The notes below the pieces were generated by a model. The model saw only the letters and a program-made list of their open reading frames with translations. It did no database searches and was not told the origin of the DNA. This document shows positions 28,638 to 38,752 of a DNA stretch of 64,000 nt, piece by piece. The position numbers were made by a program, and so were the translations under genes. The DNA comes from Candidatus Bathyarchaeota archaeon (GTDB lineage: Archaea; Thermoproteota; Bathyarchaeia; Bathyarchaeales; DTEX01): NCBI GenBank assembly GCA_025059045.1, contig JANXEA010000013.1:33896-97895 (forward strand). The letters run 5' to 3'. Within the stretch, counting starts at the first letter, position 1. Each line of letters opens with the position of its first letter.

Positions 28638-30389
28638 TTGGTGGGTTGTTTGTCATCTCAGGATATTAGGGAAATTGTTAGGAAGATCGCCATAGCAAAT
28701 GCGATCGCTCATAAGGGTAAAGCCCAGAGTGGCCCTGTTCTTGGAAGACTGCTCGCGGAAAGGAATGAGTTGAAGTCGAGGATAGATGAGATCCGCAAGA
28801 TAGTTGAGGATGTGGTCCAAGAAGTGAACATGATTCCTGTGGAAGAGCAGATTGAGATTGCGAAGAAAAATTGGCCGGAAATCCTTTCAAGAAGCAAGAT
28901 TGAGGAGAAGAAGGTACTTCCACCCTTGCCTAACATTGAGAAGTATTCGCAGATTGTAACAAGGTTTGCTCCAAACCCGGACTGCGTTCTACATCTCGGA
29001 TCTGCCAGGGCGATAATTCTCAGTCATGAATATGCTAGGCTGTACAATGGTCGTTTCATACTTAGGTTCGAAGATACTGATCCGAGATTAAAACGTTCGT
29101 CGCTAGAATTCTTTGATCTGATAAGGAATGATTTGGAATGGCTTGGTTGCAGGTGGGATGAGGAGTATATCCAGAGCGATAGAATGGAAATCTACTACCA
29201 GTATGCTGAGAAGCTGCTAAGAGATGGAAACGCGTATGTTTGCACTTGCAAGCGAGAGGATTTCCGAAGGAAGGTTATGAAAAGGGAGGCCTGCCCCTGT
29301 CGAGACTTAACTCCGGAGGAAAACATGGTCCGGTGGAAAAGGATGATTGATGGAGGATATGAGGAAGGGGAGGCGGTTATGAGGATCAAGACGGATCTCG
29401 AGCATCCTAATCCAGCGGTTCGCGACTGGCCTGCTTTCCGTGTGATATCGCCGAAAAAGTATCCTCATCCTAGACTGGGTGCAAAATATTATGTGTGGCC
29501 GCTCTTTGCCTTTGCGAATGGTGTTGATGATCACCTAAACGGTGTCACCCACATCATCAGGGGAAAGGAGCATCTTACCAATCAGATGAGGCAGGAGTAT
29601 CTGTATCGATACTTAGGATGGAAGTATCCGGAGGCAATTCATTATGGGAGACTAAAGATTGTTGGCGCCTCTTTAAGTAAATTTAAAATCCTGAGGGGCG
29701 TTCAGGATGGAACATATACGGGGTGGGATGATCCGCGCCTTGCAACTTTCATGTCGCTTAGGAGGCGTGGCATAACGCCTGAAGCGATTAAGCGCCTCAT
29801 CATAGAGATTGGCCCCAGACCCGTGGATATAACACTTAGCTGGGAGAATCTGTACGCCATCAATAGGAAGATTGTCGACCCAATTGCGGATAGATACTTC
29901 TTCGTAGATGATCCGGTAAGGCTCGTAATTAATGAGGTTCATAAGGAATTCGTAGCTAGAATCCCCCTTCATCCGGATAAACCTGAAAGGGGAAATCGTG
30001 TACTCAGGGTTGAGCCGGATGGGGGAAAGGCTGAGATTTATGTTTCAAGCCGCGACATGGGACTTTTGAATGTTGGAAAAATTGTTAGGCTGATGGAGCT
30101 ATTCAATGTGAGGGTTCAGAGTGTTGGTAGTAGAGAAATCACCGGAGGGTTCGTAAGCGAATCTTATGAGGATGCTAGGAGGGTTGGGGCGCCTCTAATT
30201 CACTGGTTGCCGCCTAGGGATACAATTTCATGCCACGTCGTGATGCCAGACGCATCAATTAGAAAGGGGCTGGCTGAAGGGAACCTACGTGGGGTCTCAG
30301 TTGGCCAGATCATCCAGTTTGAGCGTTTCGGCTTCGTCAGAGTTGACAAGACAGGTGAACCGACAATAGTGTTTTTTGCTCATAGATAA
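28638..30389 (+). CDS. gltX: Glutamyl-tRNA synthetase (archaeal/eukaryotic type)
   Basis: 583 aa. RFAPNPDCVLHLGSARA (HIGH-like), RFEDTDP, and LSKFKIL in the KMSKS position. The start is ambiguous among TTG 28638, GTG 28641 and TTG 28650. Confidence 0.9.
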   Translation: MVGCLSSQDIREIVRKIAIANAIAHKGKAQSGPVLGRLLAERNELKSRIDEIRKIVEDVVQEVNMIPVEEQIEIAKKNWPEILSRSKIEEKKVLPPLPNIEKYSQIVTRFAPNPDCVLHLGSARAIILSHEYARLYNGRFILRFEDTDPRLKRSSLEFFDLIRNDLEWLGCRWDEEYIQSDRMEIYYQYAEKLLRDGNAYVCTCKREDFRRKVMKREACPCRDLTPEENMVRWKRMIDGGYEEGEAVMRIKTDLEHPNPAVRDWPAFRVISPKKYPHPRLGAKYYVWPLFAFANGVDDHLNGVTHIIRGKEHLTNQMRQEYLYRYLGWKYPEAIHYGRLKIVGASLSKFKILRGVQDGTYTGWDDPRLATFMSLRRRGITPEAIKRLIIEIGPRPVDITLSWENLYAINRKIVDPIADRYFFVDDPVRLVINEVHKEFVARIPLHPDKPERGNRVLRVEPDGGKAEIYVSSRDMGLLNVGKIVRLMELFNVRVQSVGSREITGGFVSESYEDARRVGAPLIHWLPPRDTISCHVVMPDASIRKGLAEGNLRGVSVGQIIQFERFGFVRVDKTGEPTIVFFAHR

Positions 30390-30449
30390 CTGCAAACCGC
30401 GAAAATCAGATTCCTTTGACTACTGTTAAATAAGAATTGACTGAATCGA

Positions 30450-30719
30450 TTATTCTTTTTCTCTGTCCGCCTTCTTCAAGGTTGCTAAGGCCTTTTCGGC
30501 TACTGAAACGCAGCTTAAAAGGTCATCTATCGTTGAAAGAAAGGTCATAAGGTTCTCGTCTTCGTAGGTTATTAAAACTGAGACTTGGTTTCCTCTTCGT
30601 GAGGATTTTATTGAGATGTTTTTGGGTGTTTTGAGATTATCTGGTGAGACTGCTTTGAAAATAGCTTCAGCCTTTCTTGAATCATCATATTCAAGGCTAA
30701 TTTTGGCTTCCACTTTCAC
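30450..30719 (-). CDS. Pcc1-family KEOPS subunit paralog (possible Pcc2)
   Basis: 89 aa. It has the Pcc1/CTAG-like pattern of a beta-rich N-terminal part followed by a long C-terminal helix (LMTFLSTIDDLLSCVSVAEKAL). It overlaps the recJ-like gene 3' end by 23 nt. Confidence 0.6.
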   Translation of the reverse strand: MKVEAKISLEYDDSRKAEAIFKAVSPDNLKTPKNISIKSSRRGNQVSVLITYEDENLMTFLSTIDDLLSCVSVAEKALATLKKADREKE

Positions 30720-32160
30720 TCAGACTCATCAAGCTAGCCCTTACTAAATCATTAACGTATGCGATGAAGCTTTTAATATGCTCGATGGGAACCTGTGCCC
30801 CTGCGGCAATATTATGGCCTCCTCCGATTCCTGAAAACTTCTCTGCCGATATTCTCATGATCTCCCCTATGTTGAATCCCTTTTCCGTCATTTTTTCATT
30901 TGTTCTCGCCGAGAATTTCGCTATGTTTTCCTCTGGAACAATTGAATAAGCTATCAATGGTTTCTCGCTTTTAGGCAGGTTCGTTGCCAGTATTGATGAG
31001 ATTGTGCTCACTAGGCTCTCATTAATGTTCTGGCCGCCATGTATCACGTAAATGCTGTCCATCTCCTCTATCCTTTCCTTATTCGTTTCTAACAATTTTA
31101 GGTGCTCTGAAATGAGCTGCCTATATTCCTCGAGGGCTACATTCGCTTCCGCTAAAGCCGCGTTGCGGTCGCCTAAGCATATCGCAATTCCTACACCAGC
31201 CCTTCCCGTTCTTCCTACAGCGTTTAAAAGCATGGAATACTCTCTGGCGTCTCGAAGTGGGGTCCAAGGCTCTTCACGCTTAAGCACGTAGGCTGTGCCG
31301 ATTAGGCTTGTGGCGGACTCGCTTCTGTAACCCTTCGACAAGAGGTACTCGCATAAACCAGAGAAGATTCTTTGTTTCTCTTCATGTGAAAGGTCTCTTA
31401 AAGCCAGCCACTTCTCGTCCCTTTTGAGCGGAATTCCCAGCTTAGTGAGAAAGGCTATGGATCTATCCTCCTGTCCACTTATACCCGGTATATACGGGTT
31501 GGTTGTCAACGCTAGCGCTTTATATATGGGTCTTGTCTCCCTTCCGAATAGTAGGAGATCGGTCTCTTCTTCTAGGTAGCCAGCTTTTACCGCATCCTCA
31601 ACAATGATTTCGTTAACGCCGCCTAGCCTCCTCTCCTCATACTTGTCTTGCATATCGCCTAATGCTCCGATTACGGCGAGATGGGCTAGGTCAACATTAT
31701 TCTCCGAGATTGCCTTGGATGCAAGATAGACTGTTCCGGCTCCGCTTAATTCCTTTCCGCCGTCTATCCCGCAAAGTGTTGGATTTATATGCAGTATACT
31801 TTCGTCATCCCTACCATCTTCAGGTTGGTGATGATCGAATATGATTATGTTTTTCGCTTCAGCCTTTTCTTTTATTAAGCCCAGATTTCCCCCGCCCATG
31901 TCACACATGATTATGATGGAATCCTTTTCCAAGGAAATTTGTTGTAGAACCTTTTCGTCAAGCCATCGCTCGATGCGTATTCTAAATGCCGCATCCAGCC
32001 TAGATAAAAAAGCTCCGGCAATCCCGGCTGCAGATATGCCGTCTGCATCTCGATGAGATATGACGAGAAAACCTAATCCGTTGTTCGCTGCCTCTAAAAT
32101 CCTTTCGGCAGCCTCTTTCGCCCTATCCATTAGGTCCGAGGTTCTCTTGTTAAAGGCCAT
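30697..32160 (-). CDS. RecJ-like DHH/DHHA1 phosphoesterase (GAN/Cdc45-like)
   Basis: 487 aa. DHH motifs (ISHRDADGISAAG, MCDMGGG, IFDHHQP) and C-terminal GGGH (IGGGHNIAAGAQV). Confidence 0.8.
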   Translation of the reverse strand: MAFNKRTSDLMDRAKEAAERILEAANNGLGFLVISHRDADGISAAGIAGAFLSRLDAAFRIRIERWLDEKVLQQISLEKDSIIIMCDMGGGNLGLIKEKAEAKNIIIFDHHQPEDGRDDESILHINPTLCGIDGGKELSGAGTVYLASKAISENNVDLAHLAVIGALGDMQDKYEERRLGGVNEIIVEDAVKAGYLEEETDLLLFGRETRPIYKALALTTNPYIPGISGQEDRSIAFLTKLGIPLKRDEKWLALRDLSHEEKQRIFSGLCEYLLSKGYRSESATSLIGTAYVLKREEPWTPLRDAREYSMLLNAVGRTGRAGVGIAICLGDRNAALAEANVALEEYRQLISEHLKLLETNKERIEEMDSIYVIHGGQNINESLVSTISSILATNLPKSEKPLIAYSIVPEENIAKFSARTNEKMTEKGFNIGEIMRISAEKFSGIGGGHNIAAGAQVPIEHIKSFIAYVNDLVRASLMSLSESGSQN

Positions 32161-32171
32161 AATAATTCAGG

Positions 32172-32612
32172 CTACCTCGTTGTGAGCACCAGCGGCGTGT
32201 ACTTCCAATCCGGTGGTAATACGCCTTTCCGTTTATAGTATTCTGATAGGTTGTGGATTTTAGACTCGACGATGAGGATGGCCCTCTTATTATACTTGTC
32301 GGCCTTATGTTTCTCGACGTGAGCGCGTAGTCGGGCCGCTTTCCTGAGGAGAGATTCGAGATCCTCTGGAATAGAGGGTGCGATCCCATGCTTCTTCAGT
32401 ATATCTGTTATGCTCTCTCCTGTGGCAGCCTTAACGAGCGGTATACCGTATTGATCCCTCAGTATCACGCCTATCTTGCTTGGGGAATTGCCCTCCCTGG
32501 CCAATTTGACAACTAGCGCCTCCACCTCTTCAGAGGTGTATTTTAGCCAGGCGGGGCTCCGTCTGCTAAGCGGTCGAGTGGAATGAGTCTTCCCCTTCTC
32601 CTTCTTGGGCAC
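32172..32612 (-). CDS. rps15: 30S ribosomal protein uS15
   Basis: 146 aa. PAWLKYTSEEVEALVVKLAREGNSPSKIG.ILRDQYGIP..K..TG plus a C-terminal HLE.H.KD is the archaeal S15 (S13e) pattern. Confidence 0.9.
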   Translation of the reverse strand: MPKKEKGKTHSTRPLSRRSPAWLKYTSEEVEALVVKLAREGNSPSKIGVILRDQYGIPLVKAATGESITDILKKHGIAPSIPEDLESLLRKAARLRAHVEKHKADKYNKRAILIVESKIHNLSEYYKRKGVLPPDWKYTPLVLTTR

Positions 32613-32652
32613 TTCTTATCCTCCGTCAGGGTCTTTCATAACTGGAAATCAG

Positions 32653-32662
32653 ATATTTAAAA
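32653..32662 (-). promoter_or_regulatory. TATA-box-like element upstream of rps15
   Basis: The minus strand reads TTTTAAATAT about 40-50 nt upstream of the rps15 ATG (32612). Confidence 0.4.
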
Positions 32663-32906
32663 GCTTTGTCAGAATAGTATTTTTATTATGTTAAGATGTT
32701 TAAAGACTTCCAAATTGCAGTACTTTTTGTCGCGAATTTAGGCGTCTGCAAATATATGTTTTAGAGACTGATGATTTCATACATCCGAACGTTAAGATTT
32801 AGTTATTTCGTTGAGTTGTTCGTTTTAATTTGCAAGGCATCAAATACGTATGCCATCCGCATAATGCAGTAGTAGATCTTCGCCAAATATGAGTCAAGTT
32901 CCTAGA

Positions 32907-33461
32907 TCATATGCCGCCCTCAGATTTGTACCATACCGCGAATTTTCGTAATGCTTGAGCGCGGTGAGAGAAGAGGTTCTTCTCATCGATAGGCATCTCT
33001 CCAAACGTTTTACCGATTGAGTTATCCGGTTCAAATATTGGGTCGAATCCAAAACCCGAATCTCCACGGGGCTGCAACACTATTCTTCCTTCGGCAACAC
33101 CTTGGAAACACTTGACGCCTCCTCTTCCATTGCAGAAGGCGACAACTGACTTAAAGAAGGCCCTACGATCATCTTGGCCCTCTAAGAGCTTTAGAACCCC
33201 TCTTACCCCTATTGTTCTATAGACGTAGTTGGAATACGGGCCTGGAAAGCCGTTCAACGCATTTATGAATAGGCCAGCATCCTCCACAATTATGGGCAAG
33301 TGCAATTGCTCTGATGCCTCCAAGGCGCTTCGAATAGCTATCTTCTCAATGTCGTCTTCTTGAATTTCCACTGCTTTGATCCTGAGCATGGCTAATGATA
33401 CTCCGAACTCTCTAAGAACTTTACGTGCCTCATTAAACTTGTTTATGTTCGAAGTAACCAT
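32907..33461 (-). CDS. Non-canonical purine NTP pyrophosphatase (RdgB/HAM1 ITPase)
   Basis: VTSN..K..E....L......EIQ......A......VEDAGL.I.AL.GFPG.YS......FGFDPIF......KT.GEM....KN..SHR. The internal ATG at 33461 fits the family N-terminus; the ORF extends to 33515. Confidence 0.85.
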   Translation of the reverse strand: MVTSNINKFNEARKVLREFGVSLAMLRIKAVEIQEDDIEKIAIRSALEASEQLHLPIIVEDAGLFINALNGFPGPYSNYVYRTIGVRGVLKLLEGQDDRRAFFKSVVAFCNGRGGVKCFQGVAEGRIVLQPRGDSGFGFDPIFEPDNSIGKTFGEMPIDEKNLFSHRAQALRKFAVWYKSEGGI

Positions 33462-33521
33462 GAATACTAATTTTCCAAACGGGAAAACATTTGATGCTAA
33501 GCCACCACACCCCATAGCCTT

Positions 33522-35196
<1,675 letters not shown>

Positions 35197-35300
35197 TTAA
35201 AGGCGTGACTACCGAAAGCTTGACCGGAACAATCTACTCGCATATTTTTATCTACGGTCCGCAAATAATAATATATGTGATACTTAATGTGGTGGCTGCC

Positions 35301-35684
35301 ATGACGAGACAAGAAGATATGGAGCAGAAGGCCCTACAGATAATCATGAATTCAGGTGAAAAAGGGATACTGCAATCTGAGCTTTGGAGACAGATGAACG
35401 CAAGTAGCAGGGAAGGGTCACGCATCTCAATTAGGCTTGAGAAAAGGGGGCTCATCCATCGCGAGCGTACTCTCTCGGATGGAAGATGGACCTACAGGTT
35501 GTTCTCGAAGAGGCAACCTATCACAATTGACTCAATCCTCTCATGCCCATGCCTAACATGCAATGAAAGCCTGAGATGCGGCGCAGGAGGAAAGACTAGC
35601 CCAAATGACTGCGAACTGTTAACTCAATGGATACTAGACTCTTCAGCGAAAGAAACTGAGGCATCGGGTGGAGGGGATGATTGA
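35301..35684 (+). CDS. Winged-helix protein with C-terminal cysteine cluster (candidate TFE-beta/RPC34-like)
   Basis: Internal ATG of ORF 35079-35684; the upstream part of that ORF overlaps kae1 antisense. It has a WH-like segment (EQKALQIIMNSGEKGILQSELWRQMNASSREGSRISIRLEKRGLIHRE) followed by CPCLTCNESLRCGAGGKTSPNDC. Confidence 0.5.
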   Translation: MTRQEDMEQKALQIIMNSGEKGILQSELWRQMNASSREGSRISIRLEKRGLIHRERTLSDGRWTYRLFSKRQPITIDSILSCPCLTCNESLRCGAGGKTSPNDCELLTQWILDSSAKETEASGGGDD

Positions 35685-36286
35685 CTAGCGACTGGAGAAG
35701 ACGAAGGAAAGATCACTTCAGTAAGATGGCTAAGAAAGAGAATTATAGGTCACGCGCATCCTTCAAGCTTCTAGAAGCCATAAGAAAATATGGCTTCATA
35801 AGAGACGGGGACGTTGTAGTAGACTTAGGAGCCTACCCAGGAGGGTGGCTCCAGGTCGCGAGAGAGATAGTTGGCGATAACGGTTTTGTCTTGGGGGTGG
35901 ATCTTCGAAAAATAGAGCACTTAGGCTTCGATAATGTCCAAACCATCATCGGAGACATCCTAGATCGCGAAACTGTGAATAGAATAAAGGCCATATTGCC
36001 AAGGCAGGCCGATGCAGTGATCTCGGATGTTTCGCCAAATGTTTCTGGAGTATGGGAAGTTGATCACGCAAGGCAGATAGAGCTCGCTGAACGCTCGCTC
36101 AGCATAGCCATTTCAATTCTGAGGGTTGGAGGGTCATTCTTCGTTAAGGTCTTCAGAGGTGAACTATTCGAAGAGTATCTAAAGCATGTTAAGAATTTCT
36201 TTCTAGATGTTAGAGTATTCAAGCCTAAGGCAAGCAGAACCGAAAGCGCAGAGATCTACGTGCTCGGCCTGAATTATCAGGCTTAG
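35681..36286 (+). CDS. rlmE: 23S rRNA 2'-O-ribose methyltransferase RlmE (FtsJ)
   Basis: YRSRA.FKLLE......I..GD.VVDLGA.PGGW.QVA......DVSPN.SG....DH.....L........L..GG.F..KVF.G. Confidence 0.85.
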   Translation: MTSDWRRRRKDHFSKMAKKENYRSRASFKLLEAIRKYGFIRDGDVVVDLGAYPGGWLQVAREIVGDNGFVLGVDLRKIEHLGFDNVQTIIGDILDRETVNRIKAILPRQADAVISDVSPNVSGVWEVDHARQIELAERSLSIAISILRVGGSFFVKVFRGELFEEYLKHVKNFFLDVRVFKPKASRTESAEIYVLGLNYQA

Positions 36287-36308
36287 CATATGCCGTAACC
36301 TTCAATAT

Positions 36309-37490
36309 TCACCCTGCTGCAATTTTAGAGATGATCTCGACTGCCGTCTTTAACCCGTCATATCTGGCGACTACTCTCCTGATCTCCTCAACATTCCTTC
36401 TATATTCCTGATCGGTTAGCATCTCCATAACCGCGTCAATAATAGTTTCCTTATTCACGCTCTCTTGCTCGAGCACTTTAGCTATTCCCATCTCATATGC
36501 CCTCTTAGCATTATTGATCTGCTCTGTGTGGCTTGGAGTGGGAATGAGAATAAGCGGCTTCCCATAAATAATGCCCTGCGTCAAAGTTCCATGCCCCGCC
36601 CTGGATATGAGGATGTCACAAGCCTTAAGAAACTCGAACCTATTTGGAATCCAGCTATATACAACCACATTCTTCTTACGCGCCAATTCAGCGGAGTTTC
36701 CAGGATTCCCAAGAGAAACCACGACTTGATAATTGTCCGGAAAGTCTAATGCGATGTTTTGTAGGACCTGAGCTATGTAAGCCCTTTCTTTTACAGGCCC
36801 GCTAATAGATATTAGAACTAATGGAAGATTGATGTCGAAACCAAGCCTTTGCCTGATCTCATCCTTACTAGGCAGCTCCTCCGGTCTCACCGGCAGTATT
36901 GGACCAATAAGCTCCACACGCTTCTGATAGGCGTTAGGTATCCTCAGGTTCCCAGCAGACAACGTGTATGGCGGCGGAAAGTCAGGTATCAATAGATACC
37001 CAGATCCACTTGTCCAAATCTTGCCGATTATGGCCAATGCTCCTGTATCAACAAGCTTCGCTAACCTCAGTAATCTTGATCTACGAGGTATAATTATCTG
37101 AAACTGATTCAGGATACATACGTCAGGAATGTTTAAGGCTCTTGCCGCCAAGAGAGGCGAGACCCTGGAGTCTGAAACTACTACATCAGGCTTGAATGCA
37201 CGCATATACTTTATTTCGCATTCAATCTGATGAGTAAGAATCAACGACGCCAAAAATGGACCGGGATTAGCCACGGTCTGCCTAAAATCAACAGTCCCAT
37301 CAGGCTTCACTCTGAACTCTATTGGAGGCGCCTCAAAAAATGGAAGACCCTCCTGTTTAAGATACTCGACTGCATCCCCGTAAGTCGAAAACAAAACCTC
37401 AGCACCATATTTGGCAAGATGCCTTGCGATTGGAACACATCTTCCTACATGCCCAAATCCAAGCCCGCAGACGCCGAAATAAACCTTCAA
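36309..37490 (-). CDS. GT-B fold glycosyltransferase (MGT/UDP-glycosyltransferase-like, GT1/GT28 type)
   Basis: 393 aa. N-terminal G-loop (GVCGLGFGHVGRCVPIARHL) and a C-terminal donor-binding region (SRAGHGTLTQGIIYGKPLILIPTPSHTEQ.NNA). Confidence 0.7.
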   Translation of the reverse strand: MKVYFGVCGLGFGHVGRCVPIARHLAKYGAEVLFSTYGDAVEYLKQEGLPFFEAPPIEFRVKPDGTVDFRQTVANPGPFLASLILTHQIECEIKYMRAFKPDVVVSDSRVSPLLAARALNIPDVCILNQFQIIIPRRSRLLRLAKLVDTGALAIIGKIWTSGSGYLLIPDFPPPYTLSAGNLRIPNAYQKRVELIGPILPVRPEELPSKDEIRQRLGFDINLPLVLISISGPVKERAYIAQVLQNIALDFPDNYQVVVSLGNPGNSAELARKKNVVVYSWIPNRFEFLKACDILISRAGHGTLTQGIIYGKPLILIPTPSHTEQINNAKRAYEMGIAKVLEQESVNKETIIDAVMEMLTDQEYRRNVEEIRRVVARYDGLKTAVEIISKIAAG

Positions 37491-37613
37491 ATCCCCTCAC
37501 CGAACCTTATGAAATTTGTGACTGAGCATTATTGAAAGTTTCGCGAATCACAATATTCAAAAATAAATGAAAGCCTATGAATCTTTCATAATCATTGTCG
37601 ACAAGAAACCATC

Positions 37614-38252
37614 CTACTTCTCTAACCCGAACATGTCTCGAAACCTTTCGCTATAGGTCAAGGGGTCAGTTTCCCTTACCGTCCCACTATCCACATCAAC
37701 AACATATATGGAATGAAGCCTTGCGTTCCTTATTTCCTCAAGAGTAACAGGAGGATTGCTATAATACAGATCGCAAAGATCCTTCGCCTGTCTTATCTCC
37801 TCTTCACGGCGATGGCGAGGCGGCCTCAAAAATATTGGATGAATCGGCATTACATAATGAGGTGGAATTGCAAGGGCAAACTTGTCAGCATAACCGCTAT
37901 ATCTCGTGATCTTACTGGTTATCCTAGCATTTATATACGTTGTCGGATCAAGGGCGTGCTCCGGGGGGACAAACCCTGTTTCAACCTCGACTATCAGGCG
38001 TCCCATGCCCTTTTGCCCAAATATATCACATGAAATATTGTTCAAAGTCTTCTCAACCTCTACAGAATAGCCGGATAGAATGAGGTGCTTGGCGCAGACT
38101 AGCTCCATAACTGAATGGTTGATCTTTACCAAGTTCCTCCTATATAAAGCGATTAAATGATCCCTCAAGATGACCATTTCTCTGAGAATATTTTCATCAT
38201 CCTTACAGAGTCTACTTACCAGCTTATCCAAGTCTTTCTCAAATTTCCCCAA
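37614..38252 (-). CDS. Uncharacterized protein with Hjc-like PD-(D/E)xK nuclease-fold signature
   Basis: 212 aa. MELVCAKHLILSGYSVEVE...CDIFGQKGMGRLIVEVETG resembles the E...D...ExK core of archaeal resolvase-type nucleases, but reads E-V-E. I recognise no family for the N- and C-terminal extensions. Confidence 0.55.
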   Translation of the reverse strand: MGKFEKDLDKLVSRLCKDDENILREMVILRDHLIALYRRNLVKINHSVMELVCAKHLILSGYSVEVEKTLNNISCDIFGQKGMGRLIVEVETGFVPPEHALDPTTYINARITSKITRYSGYADKFALAIPPHYVMPIHPIFLRPPRHRREEEIRQAKDLCDLYYSNPPVTLEEIRNARLHSIYVVDVDSGTVRETDPLTYSERFRDMFGLEK

Positions 38253-38482
38253 TCTTTTTTATTCCACCCGGATAGAGAAATTAGACATAGCCTCCACATT
38301 TAAGCTTTTATTTTAATCAGCAAAGAATCTTCAGTCAAAAGGGCTAGATCTCGCCTCAAGCAAGAAATAGAAGGCAGGAAACATAATGGTCGCCATAAAT
38401 TAACTTCATAAGAGAATTTAGCCAAATATTAGGCTCTACTCAAAAATGCTGTACCTCTTAGTCAACTCTTATGTGCAAAAGA

Positions 38483-38490
38483 CTTATATG
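38483..38490 (+). promoter_or_regulatory. TATA-like element upstream of the structured RNA candidate
   Basis: CTTATATG lies about 22-29 nt upstream of the first base of the terminal helix (38512). Confidence 0.3.
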
Positions 38491-38511
38491 TTACGGGGAG
38501 AATTTTTATTT

Positions 38512-38741
38512 CCCCGATCAGAGGGCAAGCTTCAAGTATTGCATTGAGGCAAGGACGCATTAACCGAAATGGCTGAAGGTTAATGCGTGAGAAAGACTTG
38601 CCTCAATGGGCCACTCAATACTTTAGGCGCAATGCGGTTAGGCCTCGAGCATACCAGTTTAAATGGCTGGAAAACTGGTATGCGACAAAGACGGTGCCTA
38701 ACCGGGCTAAGCTTGCGCCGGAGGCTTAGTTCTGATCGGGG
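38512..38741 (+). ncRNA. Unclassified, internally duplicated structured RNA candidate (about 230 nt)
   Basis: Hand-folded nested helices. Trunk: 38512-22/38731-41 (11 bp) and 38523-32/38709-19. Arm A: 38534-41/38616-23, 38542-53/38597-608 (12 bp) and 38555-65/38578-88 (11 bp). Arm B: 38635-43/38696-704 (9 bp) and 38649-59/38673-83 (11 bp). The two arms share the loop core AAAUGGCUG and the 3' strand GA(G/C)AAAGAC. A T4 tract lies at 38751-54. Strand was chosen from the purine-rich unpaired strands. Confidence 0.6.
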
Positions 38742-38752
38742 GTTCCAAAATT

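Noticed and set aside
32665-32906. A possible C/D box sRNA in the 294-nt gap between the ITPase gene and rps15, based on CTGATGA at 32768-74.
   Set aside because: No D box (CUGA) occurs at the required distance on that strand, and no terminal stem is present. The region is AT-rich with only one weak hairpin (GGCAT/ATGCC). It was kept only as unexplained spacer.
38512-38741. RNase P RNA as the identity of the structured RNA. GAGAAAGAC and GGCUUAG superficially recall CR-I and CR-V, and Rpp21 and L7Ae are encoded in the window.
   Set aside because: There is no GAGGAAAGUCC.

The GAGAAAGAC element sits inside a local hairpin's internal loop rather than forming P4.

GGCUUA lies between the two trunk helices instead of 5' of the P2/P1 3' strands.

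The whole element is a two-fold duplicated module, which RNase P RNA is not.
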